64,000 nucleotides of DNA from Candidatus Omnitrophota bacterium. GTDB taxonomy: Bacteria; Omnitrophota; Gorgyraeia; JAZDFF01. A model generated the notes under the pieces. That model made no database searches. It saw only the letters and a program-made list of their open reading frames with translations, and was not told the DNA's origin. Shown here piece after piece: positions 50,230 to 59,849 of this stretch (positions are counted from its first letter, which is position 1; each line of letters starts with the position of its first letter). The position numbers and the translations under genes were made by a program. The stretch lies in contig JAZDFF010000042.1 in assembly GCA_043808095.1 (NCBI GenBank), positions 137,364 to 201,363 of the forward strand, read 5' to 3'.

Positions 50230-51650
50230 GGGTTTTTGGCCTCTAATAGCTTATTGAAAATTATTCTTAAAGTAGCCAGGGCTCCTTCATCTTTGTAATT
50301 AAGCATTATCCAGCCCCATCGTCTTTTAAGCTGCATGTAGATTCTCCCTAGACGTATTCCAATATCAAAATTTTCTTGAATCTCTTCCTCTGCTTCTTTT
50401 TTTAATCTTGTTAACTCTTCGTTAGAAAAATCTGTAAGGTTTACTAAAAATGTATCGCGCATCTCTCCGAGGCTTTCCACATATTTATCTTCATCTGGCG
50501 GTAATCTCTTCATCGTTTTTGCTAATTCATACAATGGCGTAGCGGGATAAGGAGTGGTAAAAAGAAGTCTATGCTCTGGTATTTTAGTTCTTTTAATAAA
50601 GTCGACCGTCTGATGAATCGTATCTCTCGTCTCACCTACCATGCCAAACATAAATGAGCTCATCACATAGATCCCGGATACTCGTGTAAGCTTAATCGCC
50701 ATTTCTGCTTGATTTATTGTCACCCGCTTATCCATGTTATTCAGGATGCCTTGACTGCCGGATTCAAATCCATATCCTAGGCATATACAGCCTGACTTTT
50801 TCATCGCCTTAAGCAACTCCTTATCAACCAAATTGACGCGTCCGGTAGCACCCCATTTAATATTCAATTTCGCTGACCTTAATTTATTGCAAAGTTCAAG
50901 GACCCACTTTTTTGAGACAATAAAGTGATCTCCGGAAAAAGCTACATATTCTACCCTATAACTTCGTTTTAATTCTTTGAGCTCTTCTATAATATTGTCG
51001 GCACTGCGCGCATATACCCTTTGTCCGAAAGGACGCGAACAATAAACGCATTGATAAGGACAGCCCCTGACAGCGCAAAGATTTATACTCCTGAGCCCGA
51101 ATTCAATATGGATAGGATTTTTTAAATATACCTCCATAGGAAAAAGGTCCCAGGCAGGAAAAGGTATTTTATCCAAGTCTTTAATCCTGTCTCGGGGGGC
51201 AGTTTGGAATATGGCGCCGTTTCTCTTATACCATAGGCCATTTATACTGTTTAGGTCCCCCTCATCCTTAGCAGAAAATAATTCCCTGACGGTATCTTCC
51301 CCTTCGTCAATTACGGCAATATCGACATCGCTATTCTCGAGTAATAAACGAGGAGTCGCTGTAGCGACCATGTTCCCGACAATTATCCTTACTTTCGGCC
51401 GTAATCTTCTGATTAATTTAGTCAGCCATTTTATATATTTATAGGTAGTAGTCAGACCTCCAATGCCAACGCAATCAAATTCTGCTTCCTTAATTTTTTC
51501 TTCAACTTCTCTATCATTATATTGATAGGCATTTATGTCTAAGATTTCTACCTTATGGCCATCGTTTCTTAATACGCTAGCAATGTATCCCAGGCCTAAA
51601 GGAATCATGTTGGGACTGCGACAAGGCGGATTCATCAATAAGACTTTCAT
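50226..51650 (-). CDS. B12-binding-domain-like radical SAM protein paralog 6 (GGxHx(S/T) motif degenerate)
   Basis: 474 aa with CVGIGGLTT, VRGCPYQCVYCS and TTPYPATPLY. IIVGNMVATATP stands in place of the GGPHxS motif. Confidence 0.8.
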   Translation of the reverse strand: MKVLLMNPPCRSPNMIPLGLGYIASVLRNDGHKVEILDINAYQYNDREVEEKIKEAEFDCVGIGGLTTTYKYIKWLTKLIRRLRPKVRIIVGNMVATATPRLLLENSDVDIAVIDEGEDTVRELFSAKDEGDLNSINGLWYKRNGAIFQTAPRDRIKDLDKIPFPAWDLFPMEVYLKNPIHIEFGLRSINLCAVRGCPYQCVYCSRPFGQRVYARSADNIIEELKELKRSYRVEYVAFSGDHFIVSKKWVLELCNKLRSAKLNIKWGATGRVNLVDKELLKAMKKSGCICLGYGFESGSQGILNNMDKRVTINQAEMAIKLTRVSGIYVMSSFMFGMVGETRDTIHQTVDFIKRTKIPEHRLLFTTPYPATPLYELAKTMKRLPPDEDKYVESLGEMRDTFLVNLTDFSNEELTRLKKEAEEEIQENFDIGIRLGRIYMQLKRRWGWIMLNYKDEGALATLRIIFNKLLEAKNP

Positions 51651-51664
51651 TAAAAATCCTCGGG

Positions 51665-53206
51665 TTAAGGCCTAAACCCAGGCCCTTTCTTTAAATCCGA
51701 ATTGCTTAACTCCATAGTTACCACTTCATTATCTTTTTCTGTCTGCCTGAACCATGCGCGCGAAAACATCTTCAGGGAAGCTGTATTGTCTTTCTTAACC
51801 TTAGCAATGACGGTCTTAATATTAAGGTAGTCAAAAGCGTGTTTGCTGCTCAATTTTGTCGCCGACAGGCCTAACCCTTGGCCTCTTTTTTTGGGAGCAA
51901 TATTGATATTTATGACTGCAGTTTTATCATTGTCAGGCATGATATCAAATCTTACCATGCCGACGGACCGACCATCTTCCTGGATTATAAAAATCTTTCG
52001 TTTTTTGTCTGCCAGGACCTTTTTAAACCAGACTAAATGCGACTTTAAGGGAATACGGCTTGTGTTAAACGAAAACTTTCTGGTAATCTTATCGTTGCGC
52101 CATTTCCAAATATCTTGGGCATCGTGCCATGACGCCGGCCTGATATTAACTTTCCGTAATAATGGCCAGGTTAAAATATCGTCTTTCTCAATGTTAGTTT
52201 TTGTGACTCGCCCGATAACTTCATTCGCCATTTTGGGATGGATCCCGTATCCAGGCCTTTTAACTGCAATCATACTGTTAGTAATTATCTCGCCCCTTCT
52301 AATATCGCAGGCCGCCACAAGGCTTCTGCGAGCCAATCTATATAGCTCCTCTTCCGCCTTAGTGTGGCTTTTAACCCGAGAGCCCAGAGACGCCTCGGTA
52401 TCCCTAATCGCCACTACCATGGCTTTTAGTTCTTCCGGTTCTAAGGCAAAAGGATGGTCTAATCCGGGCAGTTTTCTGTTTAAAGTGAAATGCTTCTCGA
52501 TTACACATGCGCCTAAACTAACAGCAGCAATATCGGCAGTAATGCCCAAGGTGTGATCAGAAAAACCTACTGGCAAATTGAATTTCCGACGCATTGTCTG
52601 GATAGCCCTTAAGTTTAAATCTGCGTATTCGGGAGGATAGTTTATGGCACAATGCAAAAGAATAACATCATGGTTTGCCTGCTTATATATTGTTTTTAAG
52701 GCCGTTTCTATGTCTTTTAAATCTGCCATACCCGTAGATAAGATAATCGGCTTCTTCTTCCCTGCTGTGTGTTCTAAAAGCGGCAAATGCGTAATTTCAA
52801 ATGAGGCAATCTTGTATGCCTGGACCCCTACATCCTCTAAGAGATCAACTGCCTCAATGTCAAACGGCGTAGATAGAAAAATAATGCCTTTTTTCCTGCA
52901 ATATTCGAAAAGCAGGCCGTGCCAATCTCTGGGCAATTCTACTTTTTTAAATAGATCGTATACTGTTTCGCCCTTTTTGATTAGCCTCTTTTTTCTAAGA
53001 TAGGACATGACGGGCGTTTTAGCCGAATAAAGATTCTCGGCGGAGAACGTCTGAAACTTTACTGCATCTGCCCCTGCATATTTGGCAACATCAATGAGCT
53101 CTTTTGCCTGCTTAAGCTTTCCGTTATGATTAGAGCCGACCTCGGCAATAACAAAGACCGGACGGCCTTGGCCTATTAATTTATTACCAATCTTAATCTG
53201 TCTCAT
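51665..53206 (-). CDS. NeuB/PseI/LegI-family nonulosonic acid synthase fused to a C-terminal GNAT N-acetyltransferase (PseH-like)
   Basis: 513 aa. The N-terminus VFVIAEVGSNHNGKLKQAKELIDVAKYAGADAVKFQTF is a NeuB signature, with an SAF domain around residues 290-350. The C-terminal roughly 150 aa form a GNAT fold (..FIIQEDGRSVGMVRF..KRGQGLG..). Confidence 0.85.
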   Translation of the reverse strand: MRQIKIGNKLIGQGRPVFVIAEVGSNHNGKLKQAKELIDVAKYAGADAVKFQTFSAENLYSAKTPVMSYLRKKRLIKKGETVYDLFKKVELPRDWHGLLFEYCRKKGIIFLSTPFDIEAVDLLEDVGVQAYKIASFEITHLPLLEHTAGKKKPIILSTGMADLKDIETALKTIYKQANHDVILLHCAINYPPEYADLNLRAIQTMRRKFNLPVGFSDHTLGITADIAAVSLGACVIEKHFTLNRKLPGLDHPFALEPEELKAMVVAIRDTEASLGSRVKSHTKAEEELYRLARRSLVAACDIRRGEIITNSMIAVKRPGYGIHPKMANEVIGRVTKTNIEKDDILTWPLLRKVNIRPASWHDAQDIWKWRNDKITRKFSFNTSRIPLKSHLVWFKKVLADKKRKIFIIQEDGRSVGMVRFDIMPDNDKTAVININIAPKKRGQGLGLSATKLSSKHAFDYLNIKTVIAKVKKDNTASLKMFSRAWFRQTEKDNEVVTMELSNSDLKKGPGFRP

Positions 53207-53207
53207 C

Positions 53208-54014
53208 TTAGTTATCCCTTAAGCCTTTTTGTTTGACATCTTTGTTTATCCGGTGAATCCAAAGCTCTTTTTCCAGAAGATTTGAGATATTTTCAATTGA
53301 GAAATTGTTTATTTTCTTATATAACCTTTTATAGACCTGCCTGGTAAATTGTAAATCCTGCCTGGTATCTACTGTCAGGCGCAGCCCGGAGAGGTCTCTA
53401 GAATATTTAACATTGCCTAATCGAAAGAGGTCCGGATGTTCATAGATATAGGCAGTAACATGTTCTCTCTGATAGGCCTTATCTGCCGCCTTCCAGCATC
53501 TTTGAAGTGCCTGCATAGTAAAAACCTCAACCCCTAATCCGACCGGGTAAGACGGAATCAAAAAATTACTCACGTAATCCAGGGTTTTTTTATGTTTAAA
53601 GTAGTAGCGAATAACTCTATCAACAATTCTTGCGCTTAAAAAAGGACAATCTGAGCAAATCCTGACGACAACATCTAGTTTATTTTTCTTTGCTGCCTGA
53701 TAATATCTATCAAGGACGTCATTCTCGCTGCCGATAAAGGTCTTTACCTTACAACCTGCTGCCAGTTTCAAAATAGGCAAATCCGCTTTTTTAGCAGTAG
53801 TTGCGATAATTATCTCAAATGAAAACTGCGACTTTTTTAAACGCTCTATCAAATACCACAACATTGGTTTACCTAAAATATGCTTCAAAACTTTCCCTGG
53901 TAAACGAGTAGAACCCATCCTTGCTTGCACAATAACGCCAATTTTCATATTTAACAGGTGTACTATTTTATATAATCCACGAATAAACTCCGATAATTTA
54001 TAAACTTTATCCAA
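53208..54014 (-). CDS. acylneuraminate cytidylyltransferase-family CMP-nonulosonic acid synthetase (NeuA/PseF-like); true start probably the internal ATG near 53948
   Basis: MKIGVIVQARMGSTRLPGKVLK is the canonical CTP_transf_3 N-terminus. The track ORF starts at a TTG 22 codons upstream. Confidence 0.8.
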   Translation of the reverse strand: MDKVYKLSEFIRGLYKIVHLLNMKIGVIVQARMGSTRLPGKVLKHILGKPMLWYLIERLKKSQFSFEIIIATTAKKADLPILKLAAGCKVKTFIGSENDVLDRYYQAAKKNKLDVVVRICSDCPFLSARIVDRVIRYYFKHKKTLDYVSNFLIPSYPVGLGVEVFTMQALQRCWKAADKAYQREHVTAYIYEHPDLFRLGNVKYSRDLSGLRLTVDTRQDLQFTRQVYKRLYKKINNFSIENISNLLEKELWIHRINKDVKQKGLRDN

Positions 54015-54079
54015 ATATACTTTAAAGCGCGCGACTGTAAAAACTTTGCCTTAAAACTGCATTAACAAGCAGATTCGGC

Positions 54080-55627
54080 TCAGCCGCAAGAAAACCTATT
54101 TTTCCTCTGCAAAATAATCCTCCGGAAATAATATCCTTTTAAGATCCTATTTAAACTATCTACCGCCTGCTGTGGATTTTTTATCCTATCGAAAAATTTC
54201 TGTACCATCGCAAGAGGATAAATTATCTTTGGCCGATTAAAAATTAACTTTGATCTGCTAAATTTCCTAATCAGAAATTTAGGAATACCAGGATAACGGG
54301 TCATAAAAAATAGGATGTCCCAGAATAAATCTTGTGGCTTCCTGGTAATATCTAACTCGGCTGTCCAGCGAAACATCGATTTTTGCTCTTCGCATTCCAC
54401 AAATTCATTCTTAATCAGGCCTTCTTTTATAGCACGCTGTGTCAATTCTACTCCGGGGAAGAAAGTCAGTGAATGCTGGTGTAAATCAAATGGTCTGGGA
54501 AACTTTAGAAGAAGATCTAAAGATTTGTATTTATCTTCTATTACCTCAAATGGATTATCCAGTAGTAAATCGTAACAAGGTTTCACTGTCTTGCCTTTAA
54601 AATATTGCGAAACAGCCTCAATATCTGCATTACTATAAGACTTTATATTAAATACTTCCTCCCTAACACGCTCCGAGCCGCTCTGTATGCCCATGGTCAT
54701 CGACTTTAGGCCCGCGCGTGATAACATTCCAATAACTTCATCTTTAACTAGGCTTGGTTGCGAATAACATGAGAAAGGAATATTTATTCCTTTTCTATAT
54801 AGTTTTATAAATTCACTAAGCCAGGCTCCATCAAAAGTAAAGACATCATCTACTATATGAATTACCTTTAAATCCGGAAAATTAGTTTTAGCCATTTTTA
54901 ACTCTTCTATGACCCGACCTACAGAACGACGGCGGACATACGGCCCTTTGCCGCTATAAAGTTTTTTCAAAGCATCATTACAACAAAAATAACAAGAAAA
55001 AGGACATCCAAAACTCGACATTATGTAGTAACTTTTGTCTATCAAATCATTTGGGATATTCCTGTATACACAATCTTTTTCAATATAAAAGGTATTCTGG
55101 TCACGCCAATCCGGGTTAGGATAATTATCCAGATTTGATTCGAGATTCCGAACAGGATTTCTGATTATCTCTCCATTATCTTTTTTTATCCATATGTTCT
55201 CGATTTTCTCTAAATTCGCCTTATCCGCCCTAGCCAGATTTTCAATCAATTCCAACATAGGATAAATCCCCTCGCCTATACAAATAGCATCAGCACAATT
55301 TAGCGAATGCTCCGGAGCCACCGTAGGATGAATACCACCCCATACTATAAATATATTTTCATTAATACTTTTAACTATTTTGGTCAATTCCTTTGCATGC
55401 TTAAAAAAAGTAGAGTTGACGCTGATGCCAATAAGATCAGGCCTAAGCTCTTCTATAAGATTGCGGAATAAAAGGTATTCTTTATCAGTGGGATTAGGCA
55501 TGCTATTTGGAGTAATTTCCTTAAAAAATATAGGAAATACCTGATTAGGAGTTTTCTTAATAGCTGCAGTCAACATCCTAATCGAAATGGATTTAAATAA
55601 GTATAGCGATACTAAAACAATCTTCAT
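54080..55627 (-). CDS. B12-binding domain radical SAM protein (class B rSAM) paralog 7
   Basis: 515 aa with LIGISVNS, IVWGGIHPTVAP, SSFGCPFSCYFCCN and LTFFPGVEL. Confidence 0.8.
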   Translation of the reverse strand: MKIVLVSLYLFKSISIRMLTAAIKKTPNQVFPIFFKEITPNSMPNPTDKEYLLFRNLIEELRPDLIGISVNSTFFKHAKELTKIVKSINENIFIVWGGIHPTVAPEHSLNCADAICIGEGIYPMLELIENLARADKANLEKIENIWIKKDNGEIIRNPVRNLESNLDNYPNPDWRDQNTFYIEKDCVYRNIPNDLIDKSYYIMSSFGCPFSCYFCCNDALKKLYSGKGPYVRRRSVGRVIEELKMAKTNFPDLKVIHIVDDVFTFDGAWLSEFIKLYRKGINIPFSCYSQPSLVKDEVIGMLSRAGLKSMTMGIQSGSERVREEVFNIKSYSNADIEAVSQYFKGKTVKPCYDLLLDNPFEVIEDKYKSLDLLLKFPRPFDLHQHSLTFFPGVELTQRAIKEGLIKNEFVECEEQKSMFRWTAELDITRKPQDLFWDILFFMTRYPGIPKFLIRKFSRSKLIFNRPKIIYPLAMVQKFFDRIKNPQQAVDSLNRILKGYYFRRIILQRKNRFSCG

Positions 55628-55666
55628 ATTTTTTAATCCCTACTATTTCAAAAAATCTATCTCCGT

Positions 55667-56860
55667 CTATTCCAAGGTGGATTCGATGTCAAAAAGACTC
55701 AAATAAAACGATGAAAAAAATAATTGGATTCCTAAAATTATAAAAGTAATTCCTCCGATAGCCAATCTCGTAAGCCTTACATTAATAGGCCCATACGCAG
55801 GTAATCTTGACAAAAAATATAAAGTACTTAGTGAAATCAAAAGCCCTATAGCGAATATTACGCTACCCAGCAATATCCCTTTTTCGAGGGTAAAGTATTT
55901 TATGATAAATTTCACCAGTGAATCTTCTTTTGTAAACCTGCTATAGAAGGCCGCTAATTTTGCCGAGGCGCCGAATAATATAATCTGCATCCCCACAAAC
56001 ATTAGTGCCGAGGCCCCGATCATGCCGGAGATCCCAAGCGGAATATGAAAAATTACGATTATTTTAAACATAGATATGAAGAATATAGAAAAGCCCAATA
56101 TAAAAAGCACAAGACCCGGCAACAAAAACAAATAATCAGGACAAAACAGGAGCATAAATCTTAAGTGCCTCCAGCCGTCTCTAAATGGATGAAGATGCGG
56201 CCGGCGGCCTTTAATAGAAGGCCGATAGTCAATAGGTACCTCTTCTATCTTAAGGCCGGCCTGTGCCGACTTTATCAACATCTCCGAGGCAAACTCCATG
56301 CCCCTTGTCTTTAATTCCAGTCTTTCGATAGCAGCTTTGCCAAAACCCCTGAGACCGCAATGGGCATCAGAAACCCTGGCCCTAAAGAACAAATTTAAGA
56401 TGGCCGTAAGAACGGGGTTACCGATATAGCGATGAGACCAATGCATGGCGCCAGGAAACATTTTGCCTTTAAATCTACTGCCCATTACCAAATCAGTGCC
56501 CTGACGAAACCTGGTTACAAAGGGCTCAATCTCTGAAAAATCATAGGTATCATCGGCATCACCCATAATAATATATTTACCCTTGGCCTCTTTAATCCCC
56601 TCTTTTATGGCGCTTCCGTAACCTTTCTCCTGTTTATAAATTACCCTGGCCCCTTCTGACTCGGCAATCCTTATAGAATTATCTACAGAGCCGTTATCAA
56701 CAACGATAACTTCTCCGGTAATCTTTAATTTCAAAAATGACCCTATCGCCTTCTTTACGCAGGTGCCTACAGTATCCTCTTCGTTAAGACAGGGTATTAC
56801 GACGGTCAGTTCCACATTCGATATCTGAGGGCGCTCTTTCATTTTTTCACTCTCATCCAT
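55667..56860 (-). CDS. GT2 polyprenyl-phosphate sugar synthase with C-terminal 4-TM domain (GtrB/ArnC-like)
   Basis: 397 aa with LTVVIPCLNEEDT, VVDNGSVDNS and MGDADDTYD (DxD), followed by 4 predicted TM helices. Confidence 0.85.
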   Translation of the reverse strand: MDESEKMKERPQISNVELTVVIPCLNEEDTVGTCVKKAIGSFLKLKITGEVIVVDNGSVDNSIRIAESEGARVIYKQEKGYGSAIKEGIKEAKGKYIIMGDADDTYDFSEIEPFVTRFRQGTDLVMGSRFKGKMFPGAMHWSHRYIGNPVLTAILNLFFRARVSDAHCGLRGFGKAAIERLELKTRGMEFASEMLIKSAQAGLKIEEVPIDYRPSIKGRRPHLHPFRDGWRHLRFMLLFCPDYLFLLPGLVLFILGFSIFFISMFKIIVIFHIPLGISGMIGASALMFVGMQIILFGASAKLAAFYSRFTKEDSLVKFIIKYFTLEKGILLGSVIFAIGLLISLSTLYFLSRLPAYGPINVRLTRLAIGGITFIILGIQLFFSSFYLSLFDIESTLE

Positions 56861-58257
56861 TTTAGGAAATTTAGACTCCTGAGTAACTGTACCGGAGAAC
56901 TAATCACAAAGAATTGTTTCATAATAAAAGACGGGCGCAAATAGAATTTTCTAAAAGCCTTATCGCGCAGATAATTCACTTCTTCAGGCCTGATGCTATC
57001 CGTATTTAGTATGGAACTGCCTCCGAAATTATAATCCGACCATTTATAGGTAGTAATCCAGCCGTTCTTCTTGGCTATCTGCCATAATTCCGTTTTAGGA
57101 TAAGGAACGGCGCAATAAGACTGCAGATAATCCAGTCCGAGCCTAAGGGCATACTTAATCGTCTGCTCCCCGCTTTTCTTAGTTTCGCCCGGAAGGCCAA
57201 AAATTAAATGCCCCATTGTCTTTATCCCGACTTTTCTGCATAAACCTACCGCCCTTTCAATATCCTTCAGCGTCTCCTGTTTTTTGGCTGTATCCAGAAT
57301 CTTTTGACTTGCACTTTCAATACCCAGGCCCAACAAGTTGCAACGCGCCTCCTTCATTTTATAGAGCACATTTTCATCGACGGCATCAGCCCTGGTTGTT
57401 GCCGCCCAACTAATATTTAAATTGCTTTTAATGATTGCTTCGCATAAATCCAGGCAGTATTTTTTATCCAAAGTAAAGGCCTCCTCCCAGAAGAGGAAAT
57501 CTTTGATATTATATTTTTTTACGCATTCGGCTATCTCATCCATGACATATTTCAGGGAGTGACGGCGTATCTCGCGGCCGTAGTAAAAAGGGGCAATGCA
57601 GAATATGCACGGATACGGGCACCCCCGGGAGGTATTGATCAGGGCAAAGGCCCGTCCGTTGTGCGGAAGAATATATTTTTCATTCTTAAATAAATCCCTC
57701 CCCGGATAGGGCAGTCTATCCAGGTCCTTTATAAACGGCCTGGTTTGATTCTGGATTAACTGTCCGTTTCTTCTAAAAATTAATCCCTTAATATCCTCAA
57801 GGTTATTGCCTTTATCAAGCAGACAGTCCAGTAATTCATCAAAGGTCTCTTCCGGTTCCCCGAAAATAGCAAAATCTAAATGCGGATAATCTCTTAGAGA
57901 ATCTTTCTCTAAGAGGGCAAAGTAAACTCCGAATCCAATCGTCTTGATGTCTTTATTTTTTTCTTTAATCCTCCTGGCAATATCCATATCTGAATCGATA
58001 GTAGGAAATGCGGTATTTATTACTACGGCATCCGGCCGGAAGTTTTCTATATCTTCAAGCAGGCTTTTTTCGTTCAGGTCTTCGACATTACAGTCTACAA
58101 GACACACGTCGGATTTCCTTGCGGCAATGGCAGCCAGAATTCCAAGAGTAATCGGAGGCCAGATGGCCGCCCAGGAAGATACGCTCTGCATGCACCTTCC
58201 TTCCCTTATATATTTGGTACCGCCAACTGCTGGGGCATTTAAAAAATAAATACGCAC
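56839..58257 (-). CDS. B12-binding-domain-like radical SAM protein paralog 8 (GGxHx(S/T) motif absent)
   Basis: 472 aa with VVINTAFPT, TSRGCPYPCIFCI and AVPYPKTELW. The expected GGPH position reads IGFGVYFALLEK. It overlaps the upstream GT2 gene by 22 nt. Confidence 0.8.
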   Translation of the reverse strand: MRIYFLNAPAVGGTKYIREGRCMQSVSSWAAIWPPITLGILAAIAARKSDVCLVDCNVEDLNEKSLLEDIENFRPDAVVINTAFPTIDSDMDIARRIKEKNKDIKTIGFGVYFALLEKDSLRDYPHLDFAIFGEPEETFDELLDCLLDKGNNLEDIKGLIFRRNGQLIQNQTRPFIKDLDRLPYPGRDLFKNEKYILPHNGRAFALINTSRGCPYPCIFCIAPFYYGREIRRHSLKYVMDEIAECVKKYNIKDFLFWEEAFTLDKKYCLDLCEAIIKSNLNISWAATTRADAVDENVLYKMKEARCNLLGLGIESASQKILDTAKKQETLKDIERAVGLCRKVGIKTMGHLIFGLPGETKKSGEQTIKYALRLGLDYLQSYCAVPYPKTELWQIAKKNGWITTYKWSDYNFGGSSILNTDSIRPEEVNYLRDKAFRKFYLRPSFIMKQFFVISSPVQLLRSLNFLKWMRVKK

Positions 58258-58265
58258 AAATTACC

Positions 58266-59849
58266 TCATTTAGCTTTATAGATATAAACTACCGGGCCTG
58301 ATACCCCTTCGGGATACTTATATACCTTCTCCAAAAGAATGTAATTCTTGTTAATTATGGACTCAATTTCATTCTTATAGTCAGAAGAAACAAGAGTCGA
58401 TAAATTATCTAACCTTCCCGGCCTTTCCAGGACTATAAATTTAGCCTTTTTATCTTTAAAATAGCTTAAAATTATGTTAGGGCTGAGCAACTTATATTCC
58501 TGCGCTACTTTATCAGGTACATAAGGAAAATTTGAAGTCGAAGATAGTTCATAAACAGTGTCTTCAAATATCTGGCGATGGGCATGTAAGACATAACCAT
58601 TGATAAATGCAAAGATTTTTTCCCCGGGCTGCGTATGGCGCTGGATAGCAGAGGTAACTTTATTAAGAAAACTTACTCCTGCATACTGGGGAGAGTTAAT
58701 AACCCCTTCGATGTCTTGCGTAAATAAATTTAAGAATAAAATTGCTGAAAGAAAAATCGTAAAAAATAATTTCTCATTATGGAAATTAAAGTGCTCTAAA
58801 ATTTTCTTTATACAGCATCCTATCAAAATTGCCAAAACCGGAAAACCATGATACGGAAATTTCTGTAACGCATTGCCAAAAATAGCTAAATAGAAGATTG
58901 CATTCATCATTACTAATGTAAGAAATATAAAATATATCTTATGCGTGATTAAAATAGAAAAAAGAGTTTTTTTGCCCTTCAACAATAGCCGATAGTGGTA
59001 AAAAGCATATATGCCCGATAGCAACGATAATAATATTAGCACATAGTAATTTCTAAATAAGATTAAGAGCATTTTGATACGGTCATAAATACAAATTGCC
59101 AAGGTATAAGTAGTATTTATACTTTTACCAACGCCAAATACAAAATTATACGAAAAATAGTGAATAAAAACATCGAATAAGAAAGCCTTCGGTGCAATGA
59201 GGAGAAACGGTAGATAAATGATTAAAGATGTGCCAATATAAGAAAGAATAATTGAGCTAATGGCCTTCTTGTTTTCTCGATTAAGATATACACTAAAAGT
59301 AACAAATAAAAGTGTATATATAGTCATGTAATCAAGTGCATAACGAACACCTTGAACCAATACTAATAACGCAGTGCATAAACTATATTTTATTATTGGC
59401 TTTGTCTTGGAAACGAGTAATAAACAGAACAGTGATAAAATAAAATTCTCTAAAGTCCCCCAGTAGAAGATTGAATTATAGATAATGTCGAGATTAAAAA
59501 TAACTATGAGCATTGCAAAGATTCCTGCATATTCGCCCTTTAAAAGTCGAGCCGTCTTATAAATAAAAATTATCGTTAAAAGCCCTAATAAAAATGATAT
59601 CAGCCTGGCGACGATAAGATTAGACCCGAAAATAAACATGCCTATCCCATAAAAATAAGGCACAAGCGGCATATGAAAATAAGCAAAGTCACGGTAAGGC
59701 AATTTACCTTGAGCAACAAGACTGCTTGCTGCGAAATGCCAATTTTCATCTGTTACCCTAAGACCAGAGAGATAAACAACAGACAGCCCAATAATAAAAT
59801 AGCTGATAATGCATATATAAAAAACAATCTTATAATAGTTATGTTTCAT
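58266..59849 (-). CDS. GT-C fold glycosyltransferase, GT39/PMT_2-like, with C-terminal periplasmic domain
   Basis: 527 aa with about 12 TM segments. It has the first-loop acidic motif RVTDENWHF, and the C-terminal roughly 150 aa are hydrophilic. Confidence 0.55.
   Translation of the reverse strand: MKHNYYKIVFYICIISYFIIGLSVVYLSGLRVTDENWHFAASSLVAQGKLPYRDFAYFHMPLVPYFYGIGMFIFGSNLIVARLISFLLGLLTIIFIYKTARLLKGEYAGIFAMLIVIFNLDIIYNSIFYWGTLENFILSLFCLLLVSKTKPIIKYSLCTALLVLVQGVRYALDYMTIYTLLFVTFSVYLNRENKKAISSIILSYIGTSLIIYLPFLLIAPKAFLFDVFIHYFSYNFVFGVGKSINTTYTLAICIYDRIKMLLILFRNYYVLILLSLLSGIYAFYHYRLLLKGKKTLFSILITHKIYFIFLTLVMMNAIFYLAIFGNALQKFPYHGFPVLAILIGCCIKKILEHFNFHNEKLFFTIFLSAILFLNLFTQDIEGVINSPQYAGVSFLNKVTSAIQRHTQPGEKIFAFINGYVLHAHRQIFEDTVYELSSTSNFPYVPDKVAQEYKLLSPNIILSYFKDKKAKFIVLERPGRLDNLSTLVSSDYKNEIESIINKNYILLEKVYKYPEGVSGPVVYIYKAK

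Noticed and set aside
51843-52556. 237-aa plus-strand ORF, and all other plus-strand ORFs in the track (e.g. 179..379, 890..1180, 2035..2289, 28799..29110, 31863..32372, 47728..48096)
   Set aside because: Every one lies antisense inside a minus-strand gene that has clear family motifs. The translations are low-complexity, S/L/F-rich and lack motifs, so they are shadow ORFs of the real genes.
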